Assembly (NCBI RefSeq): GCF_032444005.1
Contig: NC_091285.1
Coordinates: forward strand, 2,232,001 to 2,296,000
Source of the DNA: Ranitomeya imitator
Lineage: Eukaryota
Direction: 5' to 3'
DNA: 64,000 bases
In this document: piece by piece, positions 37,482 through 48,263 of the stretch
How the letters are laid out: every line of letters starts with the position of its first letter
How positions within the stretch are numbered: the first letter of the stretch is position 1
Made by a program: the position numbers and the translations under genes
Notes under the pieces: generated by a model
Told to the model about the DNA's origin: nothing
The model's input: the letters and a program-made list of their open reading frames with translations, nothing else
Database searches by the model: none

Positions 37482-39015
37482 TCAGCGCAAGAGGCGGGAA
37501 TGCGTAGGAGAGAGGTTCTCTGGATCCTGGAACATCTCCTGATTGAGTTCCCACTCTGTTGCAAACACCCGTCTCCTGCTCAGATAATCTGCAATGACGT
37601 TCTGCGAGCCTTCTAAGTGGATTGCCGAGATGGATAGAACCGAATTTTCTGCCCAACGGAATATTCTTCCCGCAAGCTCCTGAAGCGGATAGTGTCTTGA
37701 GCCTCCCTGATGCTTCAGGAAAGACACCGTTGTAACGTTGTCGGATAGTATCCTGATATGACAATTTCTGAGGGTGTGTCGGTTCCTTCTTAACCCCTCC
37801 CAGACGGCATACAACTCTTTGAAGTTGGAGGAGCTGTGAACGACATCTGCTGGCCACCTCCCTTGTAGGATCCTGCCCTTTAGGTGGGCTCCCCAGCCCC
37901 AGGCATCTGTAGTTACCACCACATAGGGATTGGTAGACCATAACACCCCGACTCTTAGCTTCTCTGGTTGATTCCACCAGAGTAGAGATCTGCGTACTGG
38001 ATACGTCAGCCTTAAAGAACTGTCCAGAGAAGACTGACGACGGTCCCATCTGGAAAGGATTAACCTTTGCAGAGGTCTTGAATGGAACTGAGCCCATCTT
38101 ACACACGGTATGCAAGCCATCATCAGACCTAGTACCTTCATGGCCGTTCTTATTGATGTTCTGCATTCTAATAGGAGCCTGATCTGGATCCGGATTGCCT
38201 CCAACTTGTTCTCGGGTAGCAGGGATATCCTGTTTCTCGAATCCAGACATACTCCCAGGAAGGTCTTTTTGCACTCCGGAGTCAGGTCGGATTTCTGCCA
38301 GTTTATGATCCATCCTAACCGCTCCATCACTGACACAGATCGGTTCCTGTGATCTGACAGAATCTCTTGTGTACTTGCGATCAGGAGAAAATCGTCTAGA
38401 TATGGGACTATCTTGATCCCCTGGCTTCTCAGGAAAGCGACAATTTCTGACACCAGCTTTGTAAACACACGAGGTGCTGAGGCAAGCCCAAACGGAAGGC
38501 ACTGGAACTGGTAGTGACAGGTCCCGGACGGCAGCACCACCGCAAACCTCAGAAGTTTCTGAGATGATGGGTGAACAGGGACCTGATAATAGGCACTCTT
38601 CAGGTCGAGAGTGCACATCACAGCGTCCCGATCTATTAGGAGGATTGCAGAGCGAATGGACTCCATGCGAAACCTCTTGTACTTGACCCAGGCATTTAGA
38701 GGTTTCAAATTTATTATTGTGTGCGAGTCGCCGGAAGGCTTCATTATAGAAAATAGGGAAGAGTAGTGACCCCGACCTACTTCTAGTGGTGGAACTGGAA
38801 TTATGACCTCTGAGGAAAGCATGTCCTCTAGGTCTAACATCATGGAAGAGTTTTGCATGACCATCGTAGGAACGATGTATCTGTCCGGAGGATGGGAGGA
38901 AAGCTCGATGCTGTAACCTTCTGACACAGTCCGAAGAACCCATTGATTCTGGGTGACTCGGGCCCAATTCTCCACAAAGTGGCGGAGCCTTCCCCCTATA
39001 AGGGTGGCGTCATTG
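37482..39015 (-). CDS. DIRS B RT/RNase H (ORF2); ends early because of a deletion in the MT domain
   Basis: LDLKSAYYQVP, LPFGLASAPRVF, YLDD, TTDA, ELYAV, SDN and ADYLSR. Confidence 0.88.
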
Positions 39016-40439
39016 TGTCTTAGGCTTTGAGGATGGGCTAAAGAAGAAACTCCTGTTTCTATTGCCCTTGTTACGGAAACCTCTACCGAATCCTCTATTG
39101 GATCTACCCCCTCTGTAATCGGACTGTCTCCTGAAGGGAAAACCTCTCCGAAAGGACTGGCCCTTTTTTGGTTTGCCCTCTGGAAAACCTTTTTTTTTTT
39201 TTTATCAGAGGCTGACTAAGATAGTATCTAGAGAAGGCCCGAAAACTCTCGCCCCTGAGAAAGGAATAGAGCATAATTTGGTTTTTGAGGCATTATACCC
39301 CGACCAGGATCTTAGCCAGACAGCCCTTCTAGCCGCATTGGATAAGGAACCATTTCTAGCTGAAAACCTGACTGATTCAGCAGTCATGTCAGATAGGAAG
39401 GCCGTGGCAGATTTCATGATAGGAAGGGAGCTTAATATATCAGCCCTGGGGGTCTTATTGGATAGGTGTTCCTCCAATTGACCCATCCAAAGGTACATAG
39501 ACCGAGCTACCGAGGTAGCTGCTATGTTGGTCTTAATTAGGGCTGCGGAAGATTCCCAAGCCCTTTTTAGCAGTATGTCGGCTTTCCGATCCATGGGATC
39601 GCGCAGATTTGAAGAGTCCTCAAATGGTATGGCTGTCTTTTTAGCAACCTTTGCCACAGGAACATCCACTTTGGGGATCTCCTCCCAAAGTTTGACTATT
39701 TCTGGCTCAAAAGGTAAGCGAGCTTTGAAGTCCTTAGTCAAAACCAGCCGACGTTCTGCCTCCTTCCACTCCTCCAGTATCATGGCCTTGATATGCTCGC
39801 TTACTGGGAAGACGTCTGCCTACGTGACATAAGTCCCCTAAACATCAGATCCTGTCTGGATTGAGGCTTGGATGTCTCCTCAATCTGCATCGTGCTCCGC
39901 ACCGCCTGCACAAGTTCATTTGTATCCTCAGCCTGGAAGAGGTATTTTCTCTGGTGGTCCTGACTCCCTGAAGGAAGTTCCCCTTCCTCTTCAGAGGTGA
40001 AGTTATCAGAGGCAGACAGGTCCTCAGAGCTATACTCTGGCTCTCTCAAGTCTCGTTCCCGTCTGGCTCTCTTGCGGCTGGGAACCGGGCTGGACCTCTC
40101 CACAATACTGGACAAAGAAGCCTGAACTTCTTCCCGTATTAGGGACCTCATCTCTGACAGAAGTGTCGGCTGTTCATCCCTCATAACCTTGGAAGTGCAA
40201 TCTGCACACAAGGTTTTAGCATGAGTGTCCGGGAGCTTTACGTTGCATATGGGGCATCTATAGGATTTCCTAGATGATTTGCCGGACTTCTTAACTTGAG
40301 CAGGGGGGGCAGCGGGGGTTCCCTTATCCTTAAAAGACATAAGATAGGAAGAAGTAATGGGATACCTGAGTATATGTGCGTGGATAGGGGGGACAGCGCT
40401 ATGCGCACTCACCCCTTCCTCCGCTGGTGCGCCTTCCAT
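39010..40439 (-). pseudogene. DIRS B ORF1 (gag-like) with predicted intron 40412-40329
   Basis: MEGAPAEEG|DKGTP...CPIC-x12-CADC...MILEEW...PKVDVPVAKVAKKTAIPFED. Frameshifts near 39830 and 39200. Confidence 0.82.
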
Positions 40440-41068
40440 GACGATCCTGAGCAGGTCCCCGCAGCGTCCACGCTGGATTAGGAGCGATTCAGCTGCTTGT
40501 GCGTCCCACGCTGGAAGTGACGTCCCACCGGAAGTGACGGTAACAGATGCCGCGAAACCGGAAGTGACGCGGTTCCCCGGGACTTCCGCTAGAAGACGCT
40601 CTGCCAGACGCCGCACCGCTCTGGATGCCGCGCCGCATGGAACCGCGTAGCGGCCGAGAGCCTCCCCCCGGAAGGAGCGGCCCACAACAGGAACTCGCCC
40701 TTCCTGTTCTTTGGAGCAGAGGGACCCCCCTCTGGAGGGTTTCTGCCCTGAGCCTCTTGACAGGGGGAAGGGTATTGGACGAGCCGCACGATCCCCGAGC
40801 ACCGGTAAGCTAGCGCAGCTTCTCTCGTGTGTCCCTTGCAGGGACAGGAAAAACACTGAGGATTGGGGGTGGGACATGCCCTTTTGAACTCTCGTGTGTT
40901 TCCTGTCCCAGCAAGGGGGAGGAGGACGTCCTCCAGGGTGCTGTCAGGAGGGACGTCCTGGAAAAAAAAAAAAATCAGACCTCAGACCCGAAACAAGGAA
41001 ATTATTCCTCGGAGTGATCCTAGACTCAGTTCAGGAACATAAGTACCTCCCGCATCACAAGCAGGACT

Positions 41069-41111
<43 letters not shown>

Positions 41112-41142
41112 TTCCTAACATTACAGAAGCAAAAGCAAACAT

Positions 41143-41563
41143 TAGGCTTGAACGAAACGGATCGGACAAATTCAAAAGTCGCCGACTTTCGGCAAAGTCG
41201 GGTTTCATGAAACCCGACCCTAGTGTGGGATCGGTCATGCGGTCGGCGATCTTTGCGCCAAAGTCGCGTGTCGTATGACGCATTTAGCGCCATTTTTCAG
41301 CCAATGAAGGAGCGTGGGCAGAGTGATGACATGGGTCTTAGGGGTGTGCCTATCGCCATCTTATCGCTTGTGTGCTGTAGTAGCGATTTGCAATGTGTAA
41401 CACCAGCTTTTCGGAGAGAGGGAGAGAGAATTTTGACTTGCATTGGGTTTCGCGTTTCGGTTGAACCCCGACTTTACGTGATAATCGGCCGATTTCACTC
41501 GACTTTTGAGAAAGTCGGGTTTCGCGAAACCCGACTCGATCTTAAAAAAGTCGCTCAACCCTA
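41143..41563. mobile_element. hAT-type MITE in the DIRS A RT
   Basis: TAGGCTTGAACG ... CGCTCAACCCTA with an 8-bp TSD GCAAACAT/GCAATCAT. Removing it restores the RT frame. Confidence 0.85.
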
Positions 41564-42769
41564 GCAATCATCCATAAGAAAGGCCATGTGGGTACTGGGC
41601 TTAATGACATCCTGCGTTTCCAGTGTTTAGTGGAGTCAATATCACTCAAGACCCCTGCGGCAAGAAATTCTCTCACGTTGGGAAGGCAGAGATGTAACCC
41701 TGGACAAAAAAGTGTGCTTATCCCTAGACGCAAAGCGTTCACTGTCATGGTGGGATTCTATCACCAATTTGAGATATTCCAAAAAAACGGTGCCAATAAT
41801 CTTTAGGTGACCTTAAAGGCGACCATGTGATAAAGGCCGGAGTCCGGCCGAAACGTCAAAACTGTCGCTTCACCTACCACCGTAAATAAAATTTACTCAC
41901 TTGAAAGCATACTTTTCCATTGAGTGCAGTGATTCTATATCTATTTTGCACTGTCATGGTGGACCATAACAAAAAATCTCGAGAAAGGAAAGCCTTGGAG
42001 AACATCTCCGTGTATAAGAATCACTACAGATGCAAGCCTCAGCAGCTGGGGAGCCCACATAGAAGAAAACTACTTTCAAGGGACTTGGCCTGCATCAGTA
42101 TGAAGCAGGTCTTCAAATTACAGAGAACTCAGGGCAGTCTGGGAAGCCTTAAGAACATTCCAGGAAAGATTAAAAGGCCAACACATCCGTGTCTTTTCGG
42201 ACAATTCAACGACAGTAGCCTACTTCATCAAGGTGGTCCAAAACATCGTTACCTACAGGACCTGTCAGATACAATATTCTCCTGGGCAGATCAATAACGG
42301 CAGTTCATCTAAGAGGCACCGAAAACCAGGTAGCCGACTTTCTAACCAGACAGAAATTATGTCCCACAGAATGGTCCTTAAACGAGGAAATCTTCCTCCA
42401 ACTAACCCAACTTTGGGGCTTCCCGAAGGTAGATCTGTTCGCCTCAAGGAAGAATACAAAGACACAAAGATTCTTTTCGCTGAATCCAGGAGACAGACCA
42501 TCAGGAATAGATGCACTGGCTCAAAACTGGGACATGAAATTGGCATACGCTTTTCCTCCGTTGGCTCTAATACTGAGGGTATTGAGAAAGATCCAGGAGA
42601 GCCAGACATCAGTTATCTTGATAGTCCCATACTGGCCCAAAAGGAGATAGTTTCCTCTACTGAAATGGATGTCCTTGGAGGATCCAATCCATCTACCAGC
42701 AGTGCCAGACCTGTTATCTCAGGGCCCCCTAGTTCATCAGAACCCGGGTCTACTACAATTAACAGCATG

Positions 42770-44008
42770 GATCCTGAAAAAGAGATTCTAAGATCAAAAG
42801 GCCTCTCAGTACCAGTCATTGCCACTATCCAAAACAGTAAGAAAACTGTAACTTCCGCAATATACAGGAAAATATGGAAAAAGTTCTGCTCCCAGAGTAC
42901 GGCTCCTGTATCGGTCTCTCAAGGACCAGACATTCCAAAAATTCTAGACTTTCTCCAGTTGGGTTTTGATAAAAGACTAAGGCCTAGTACATTGAAGGTA
43001 GAAATATCAGTCCTCAGTTCCTTCTATGACTTCCAGCTAGCCTCCCATCCATGGATAGTGAGGTTTGTCAAGGCCATTCAGAGACTTAGGCCTACAATTC
43101 GCAGTTCAGTGCCTCCCTGGGATCTAAACCTGGTCTTGAATGAACTCTGTAAGGAACCATATGAGCCACTAGCTCAAGCAGATTTAAGAACTGTAACCTT
43201 TAAAGCTCTCTTCCTAGTGGCAATAACTTCAGTGCAACGTATCAGTGAGATCCAATCTTTATCCATTAAGGATCCATACTTAAAGGTCCAGGATGATTGT
43301 ATCATCCTTAACCTTCGTCCAGCTGAGTAGGTACAATTGTAACTATTCCGTTTTAAAATTGCAATAACTTTTTTTTTTTCGAAAAGCCGTAGAGGGCTGA
43401 AATTTTGTGACATCTCTGCAGTTTTGGTCCAGAATATATTGGCCAAATTTCAATAAAATATATATGAAGGTACAATTGTACCTCTGCAGCCTGTTAACGT
43501 AAAATTATGCAGCCTGACGTAGGTTAAACTAGACCCTGGGTTCCTTCCTAAAGTAGTCTCTGACTTCCATAGAAGTCAAGAAATTGTTCTGCCTACATTC
43601 TGCCAAAACTTCAGTAACGTCAAAGAGCAATCTCTTCACGCTTTAGATGTCAAAAGGACAATTCTACACTACTTAGAGATCACAAATGATTGGAGAATTG
43701 ACTCCAACCTCTTCATCCAGATGGCTGGAAGAAATAAAGGAAAGAAAGCATCCAAAGCTACTCTAGCTAGATGGATTAAGTCTACCATCACGGCAGCCTA
43801 CATCTCGGCAGGGAGAACCCCTCCAGAAAGCCTCAAGGCACATTCGCTGAGAGCAATCTCAGCCTCATGGGCAGAAAGCTCCGGGGTTTCTATGGATCAA
43901 ATATGCAAAGCTGCAACATGGTCAAGAGCAAATACTTTCTGTAGACATTATAAATTAGATTTAACAGTAAACAGACTACATTTGGGAGGAAAGTCCTCCA
44001 AGCTGTAA
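42770..44008 (+). pseudogene. DIRS A tyrosine recombinase, interrupted by a TTAA MITE
   Basis: VQRISEI, AHSLR and FCRHY. Removing the MITE gives IILKLDPGFLPKVV. Confidence 0.88.
43312..43522. mobile_element. 211-bp piggyBac-type MITE
   Basis: TTAA|CCTTCGTCCAGCTG ... CAGCCTGACGTAGG|TTAA. Confidence 0.8.
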
Positions 44009-45449
44009 TCCCGCCCTAAAAAATAGGAGTTATTTGGTATTTCTCCTGGTGGTGCTGTCAGGAGGGACGTCCTGGAAAGTAGGAATTAGTGCTACTGGTA
44101 AGATTGTTTCCAGGAGTCCATCATGACAGCACCCCTTATATACCCTCCCTTGAGTTCCTGTCTGATATGTGATGTAAACATGTGTAGAGAGGAATTTCAA
44201 TAAAATAGAGTTGCATCCATCCAGGTGTGGTACTTGAAAAAAATCACTGAGGGGTGGAAGTGGGGAGGGGCTATTTAACCTCTTCTGTGTTTCCTGTCCC
44301 TATCAAGGATAAGAAGGACAACCTCCTGGTGGTGCTGTCATGATGGACTCCTGGAAACAATCTTACCGGTAGGACCAAATTCCTACTTTTTTTTTTTTTT
44401 TTTAACCCCCAAATTTTTTAGCCTCAATTTTTTTGTTTTCACATGGGTAACAGCATAAAATGGATCCTACAATTTGTTGGGCAATTTCTCTTGAGTACAC
44501 CGATGCCTCATATGTGGGGGTAAACCACTGCTTGGGCACACGGCAAGGCTCAGAAGGAAATGAGCGCCATTTGACTTTTTGAATGAAAAATTAGCTCCAA
44601 TCGTTAGCGGTCACCATGTCGCATTTGGAGAGCCCCTGTGTGCCTAAACATTGGAACTCCCCCACAAGTGACACCATTTTGGAAACTATACCCCCCCCCC
44701 CCCCCCCCCCCCCCAAGGAACTCATCTAGATATGTGATGAGCACTTTGAACCCCCAAGTGCTTCACAGAAGTTTATAACACAGAGCCATGAAAATAAAAA
44801 ATCGTTTTTTCCTCAAAAATGATATTTTTTAGCCCGCAATTTTTTATTTTCACAAGGGTAACACGATAAATTGAAACCCAATAGTTGTTGTCCAGTTTGT
44901 CCTGAGTACGCTGATGCCCAATATGTGGGGTGAACCACTGTTTGGACAAACGTCGGGGCTCGGAAAGGAAGTAGTGACGTTTTGAAATGCAGACTTTGAT
45001 GGAATGCTCTGCGGGCGTCACGTTGCGTTTGCAGAGACCCTGATGTACCTAAACAGTAGAAACCCCAAACAAGTGACCCCATTTTGGAAACTAGACCCCC
45101 CCAATGAACTTATCTAGATGTGTGGTGAGCACTTTGAACCCCCCAGTGCTTCGCAGAATTTTATAACGCAGAGCCGTGAAAATAAAAAAATCTTTTTTTT
45201 CCCCACAAAAATAATTTTTTAGCCATTTTTTTTATTTTTCCAAGGGTAACAGGAGAAATTAGACCCCCAAAATTGTTGTACGCTTATGCTCCATATGTTT
45301 GGGTAAACCACTGTTTGGGCACACGTCTGGGCTCGGAAGGGAGGGAGCAACATTTGACTTTTTGAGTGCAAGATTGGCTGAAATCAATGGTGGCGCCATG
45401 GCGTGATTGGAGACCCCCTGATGTGCCTAAACAGTGGAAACCCCTCAAT

Positions 45450-46020
45450 TCTAACTCCAACACTAACCCCAACACACCCCTAACTCTAACCATAATCACA
45501 ACCCTAACCCCAACACACCACTAACCACAACCCTAACCCCAACACACCCCTAACCCTAACCACAAGCCTAACCCTAACCTCAACACACCCCTAACCCCAA
45601 TTCCAACCCTAACTTTAGTTCCAGCCCTAACCCTAAGGCTATGTGCCCACGTTGCGGATTTGTGAGCGTATTTTTCCGCACGGTTTTTGAAAAATCCACC
45701 GGTAAAACGCACTGCGTTTTACTTGCGGATTTCCAGTGTTTTTTGTGCGGATTTCACCTGCGTATGCCTATTGAGGAACAGGTGTAAAACGTTGCGGAAT
45801 CCGCACAAGGAATTGACATGTTGCGGAAAATACAACGCAGCGTTTCCGCACGGTATTTTCCGCACCATGGGCACAGCGGATTTGGTTTTCCATAGGTTTA
45901 CATGGTACTGTAAACGTGATGGAAAACTGCCACGAATCCGCAGCGGATCCGCAGCCAAATCCACACCGTGTGCACATAGCCTAATTCTAACCCTAATTGC
46001 AAGCCTAACCGTAACCCTAG
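45450..46020. repeat. Degenerate telomere-like (CCCTAA)n tract inside the piggyBac-type element, split by a MITE
   Basis: CCCTAA, CCCCAA, CCACAA and CTCTAA variants. Confidence 0.8.
45637..45981. mobile_element. Harbinger-type MITE
   Basis: TAA|GGCTATGTGCCCAC ... GTGCACATAGCC|TAA. Confidence 0.88.
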
Positions 46021-46736
46021 TGGAAAAGTAAAAAAATATATATTTTATTTATTCCATTATTTTCCCTACCTATGGAGGTGATAACGGGGGGCTTTATTTA
46101 CTATTTTTTTTGTTTTGATCACTGTGATATAACCTATCACAGTGATCAAAATGTACCTGTAACGACTCTGCCGGCCGATTCGGCGGGCGTACTGCGCATG
46201 CGCCCGCCATTTTGGAAGATGGCGGCACCCATCGAAAATGCCTGACGGACACCGGGAGGGTCTCCGGTACTCCAGCGGTATGGGGGGGTCGGATCGGACA
46301 GTGGTGGGGGTACAAAACGGAGGGGAGGAAAGACTGACAGCGGCAGCAGATCGCCGCTGTCAGACGGTGGGTGGGGGTCAGATCGCGGTCTCCAGCCATG
46401 GCCAATGATACTGCAGCATCGGCCATGGCTGGATTGTAGTATTTCACCAAATTTCATAGGTGAAATATTACAAATTGCTCTGATTGGCTGTTGAAAGTGA
46501 AACAGCCCATCAGAGCGATCGTAGCCACGTGGAGGTAAAGCCACCCCCCCTGGGCTAAAGTACCACTCCCTCTGTCCCTGCAGATCTGGTAAAATTGGAG
46601 TTAACCCTTTCACCTGATCTGCAGGGACGCAATCCCTCCATGACGCCACATAAGCGTCACAGGTCGGGAAGGGGGTTAAAGTAATGAATATGGACTCCAC
46701 TCCCATATGGGTAGACCCGCATATTCATTACTGTAA

Positions 46737-47032
46737 GGCTATGTGCACATGTTCAGGTTTTTTCGCGCTAAAAACGCTATAAAAACTAATTAAAAACGCA
46801 TACATTACGCATTCTATCATTTAGAATGCATTCTGCACGTTTTGTTCACATGGGTGTGTTTTTTTCCTCGAAAAATGAGCATGTTCATTATTTTTGCGGA
46901 TTTTCTGTGTTTTTCCCGCAATTTTATGCATTTGGGAAAAAACGCACAAAAAACGCATGCGGATTTCTGGCAGAAATGTCTGGTTTTTGTCAGGAAAATT
47001 TCTGCAAGAAATCCTGACGTGTGCAAATACCC
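46737..47032. mobile_element. Harbinger-type MITE
   Basis: TAA|GGCTATGTGCACA ... TGTGCAAATACCC, with a palindromic interior. Confidence 0.75.
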
Positions 47033-48044
47033 TCATGAGCGGTACCAGTGACCGCTCAATACAAGAAGAAGCTGCGGGTCCTGGAGACCATCTGTCCGCA
47101 GAAGCTGCCAGGGACCGCGTCGGGAGCAGGTGAGTATTAAATACTCACCTGTCCCTTCTTTCAGCGTTGGCGCCGCTCCGTCTTCCGCGCCCTCTGCAGT
47201 GACTGTTCAGGTCAGAGGACGCGATGACGTATTAGTGTGCGCGCCGCACTCTGCCTGAACAGTCAGTGCGGAGAGAAGGGACGCTGAGGAGCAGCGATGA
47301 GAGGTATGTCTTTTTTTTTTTGCAGCATTATATGTTGCACATTGTTATATGGAGTGTCTATGGGGCCATACTGAACTGTATGGAGCATTATATGGGGCAT
47401 ATTTGTATATGGAGCATCTATGGGGCCATAATGAACTGCATGGAGCATTATATGGGGCTCATCATGAACTGTATGGAGCATCATATGGGGCTCCTGATTC
47501 AATATGGATATTCAAAAACACGTAACCTACTGATGTCTCAATTAATTCTACTTTTGTTGGTGTCTATTTTTATTTTTGAAATTTACCAGTAGCTGCTGCA
47601 TTTCCCACCCTAGGCTTATACTCGAGTCATTAAGTTTTCCCAGTTTTTTGTGGCAAAATTAGGGGGGGTCGGCTTATACTCGAGTATATACGGTAAAACA
47701 AAAACATTCAAGAATACTTAACCGCCGTCTTTCCACCTGAGGAACTTGGGCCCAAGTCAACTGCTCCTGCTCTAAGGCACTGGACTGTTCTGTAAAGAAA
47801 ATACATGATTTTACCACGTGTCATACTGACATACATACCTGTCAGTATAGCAAATGTCCTCACTTCATCAGTCTCCTGTCCGCTGTGGGAGGCATTCTGT
47901 TCTTCACTGGAGGACATCTTTGAAGAAGGCTGCAAGAGAGACACGAGTACAGACTGCAGTAACATTTTCATAGCGTGTATACATCTAGATGCATACATGC
48001 ATCTAGAGTCTTGAGAGTCCCGAACTTCCTTTGCCCTCACCCCC

Positions 48045-48262
48045 TCTTATACCCTATGTAGTCTGATGTATGCACGCGTAGCGAACACATGTCCTTGCGT
48101 ACCAATGCATTCCCACAGTATTGCGTTTTTCAACGCACTTATGCATGCGGACGATTGCGCAATATTGGACGCATCAAAAAATGCAACATATTGCGTTCGA
48201 CAGACAGCGAAATAACGCATGCTGATCATACGCTGTGCACAGAAACGCTAATGTGAACCCAG
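48045..48262. mobile_element. Harbinger-like terminal fragment
   Basis: Ends ...GCTAATGTGAACCCAG; subterminal palindromes. Confidence 0.45.
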
Positions 48263-48263
48263 T

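Larger units (their letters stand above)
35821..40964 (-). mobile_element. DIRS1-type retrotransposon B (~5.15 kb), nested in the RT of A in opposite orientation
   Basis: ITRs at ~35850-35955 and ~40835-40964; ICR at ~36155-36245; gag, RT/RH and YR ORFs. Confidence 0.95.
35110..42720 (+). pseudogene. DIRS A ORF2 (RT, RNase H, methyltransferase-like), split by DIRS B and a hAT MITE
   Basis: LDLKSAYYQVP, LPFGLSSAPRIFT and YLDD near 35715. It resumes at 40975 as KSDLRPETRKLFLGVILDS. DLFAS near 42430 and YAFPP near 42546. Confidence 0.88.
32958..44386 (+). mobile_element. DIRS1-type tyrosine-recombinase retrotransposon A (defective; host of DIRS B and two MITEs)
   Basis: Inverted terminal repeats at ~32958-33068 and ~44235-44360. 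An internal complementary region at ~44040-44135 joins the complements of both ends. Contains gag, RT/RH/MT and YR remnants. Confidence 0.95.
32182..46675. mobile_element. Large non-autonomous piggyBac-type element (own sequence 32182-32957 and 44387-46675)
   Basis: TTAA|CCCCTTC ... GGAAGGGGG|TTAA. Internal ~400-bp tandem units (...CAAGTGACCCCATTTTGGAAACTAGACCCC...) lie on both sides of the DIRS. Confidence 0.8.
31983..47693. mobile_element. Tc1/mariner (Tc2/pogo-like) MITE split by nested insertions (own sequence ~31983-32177 and ~46680-47693)
   Basis: Right end ...GGCTTATACTCGAGTATATACGG|TA; left subterminal remnant CCGAGATTTTCAGCCC...GGCTTATA. The arms GGTACCGCTCA (32167) and TGAGCGGTACC (47035) are complementary. 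Confidence 0.65.

Noticed and set aside
41073-41108. 36-nt poly(A) as a retroposon tail
   Set aside because: It lies within the DIRS A RT frame with coding sequence continuing on both sides and no inserted body. It is a homopolymer expansion or sequencing artefact.
45450-46020. True telomere or chromosome-fusion site
   Set aside because: Short, degenerate, single-orientation, and internal to a transposon.
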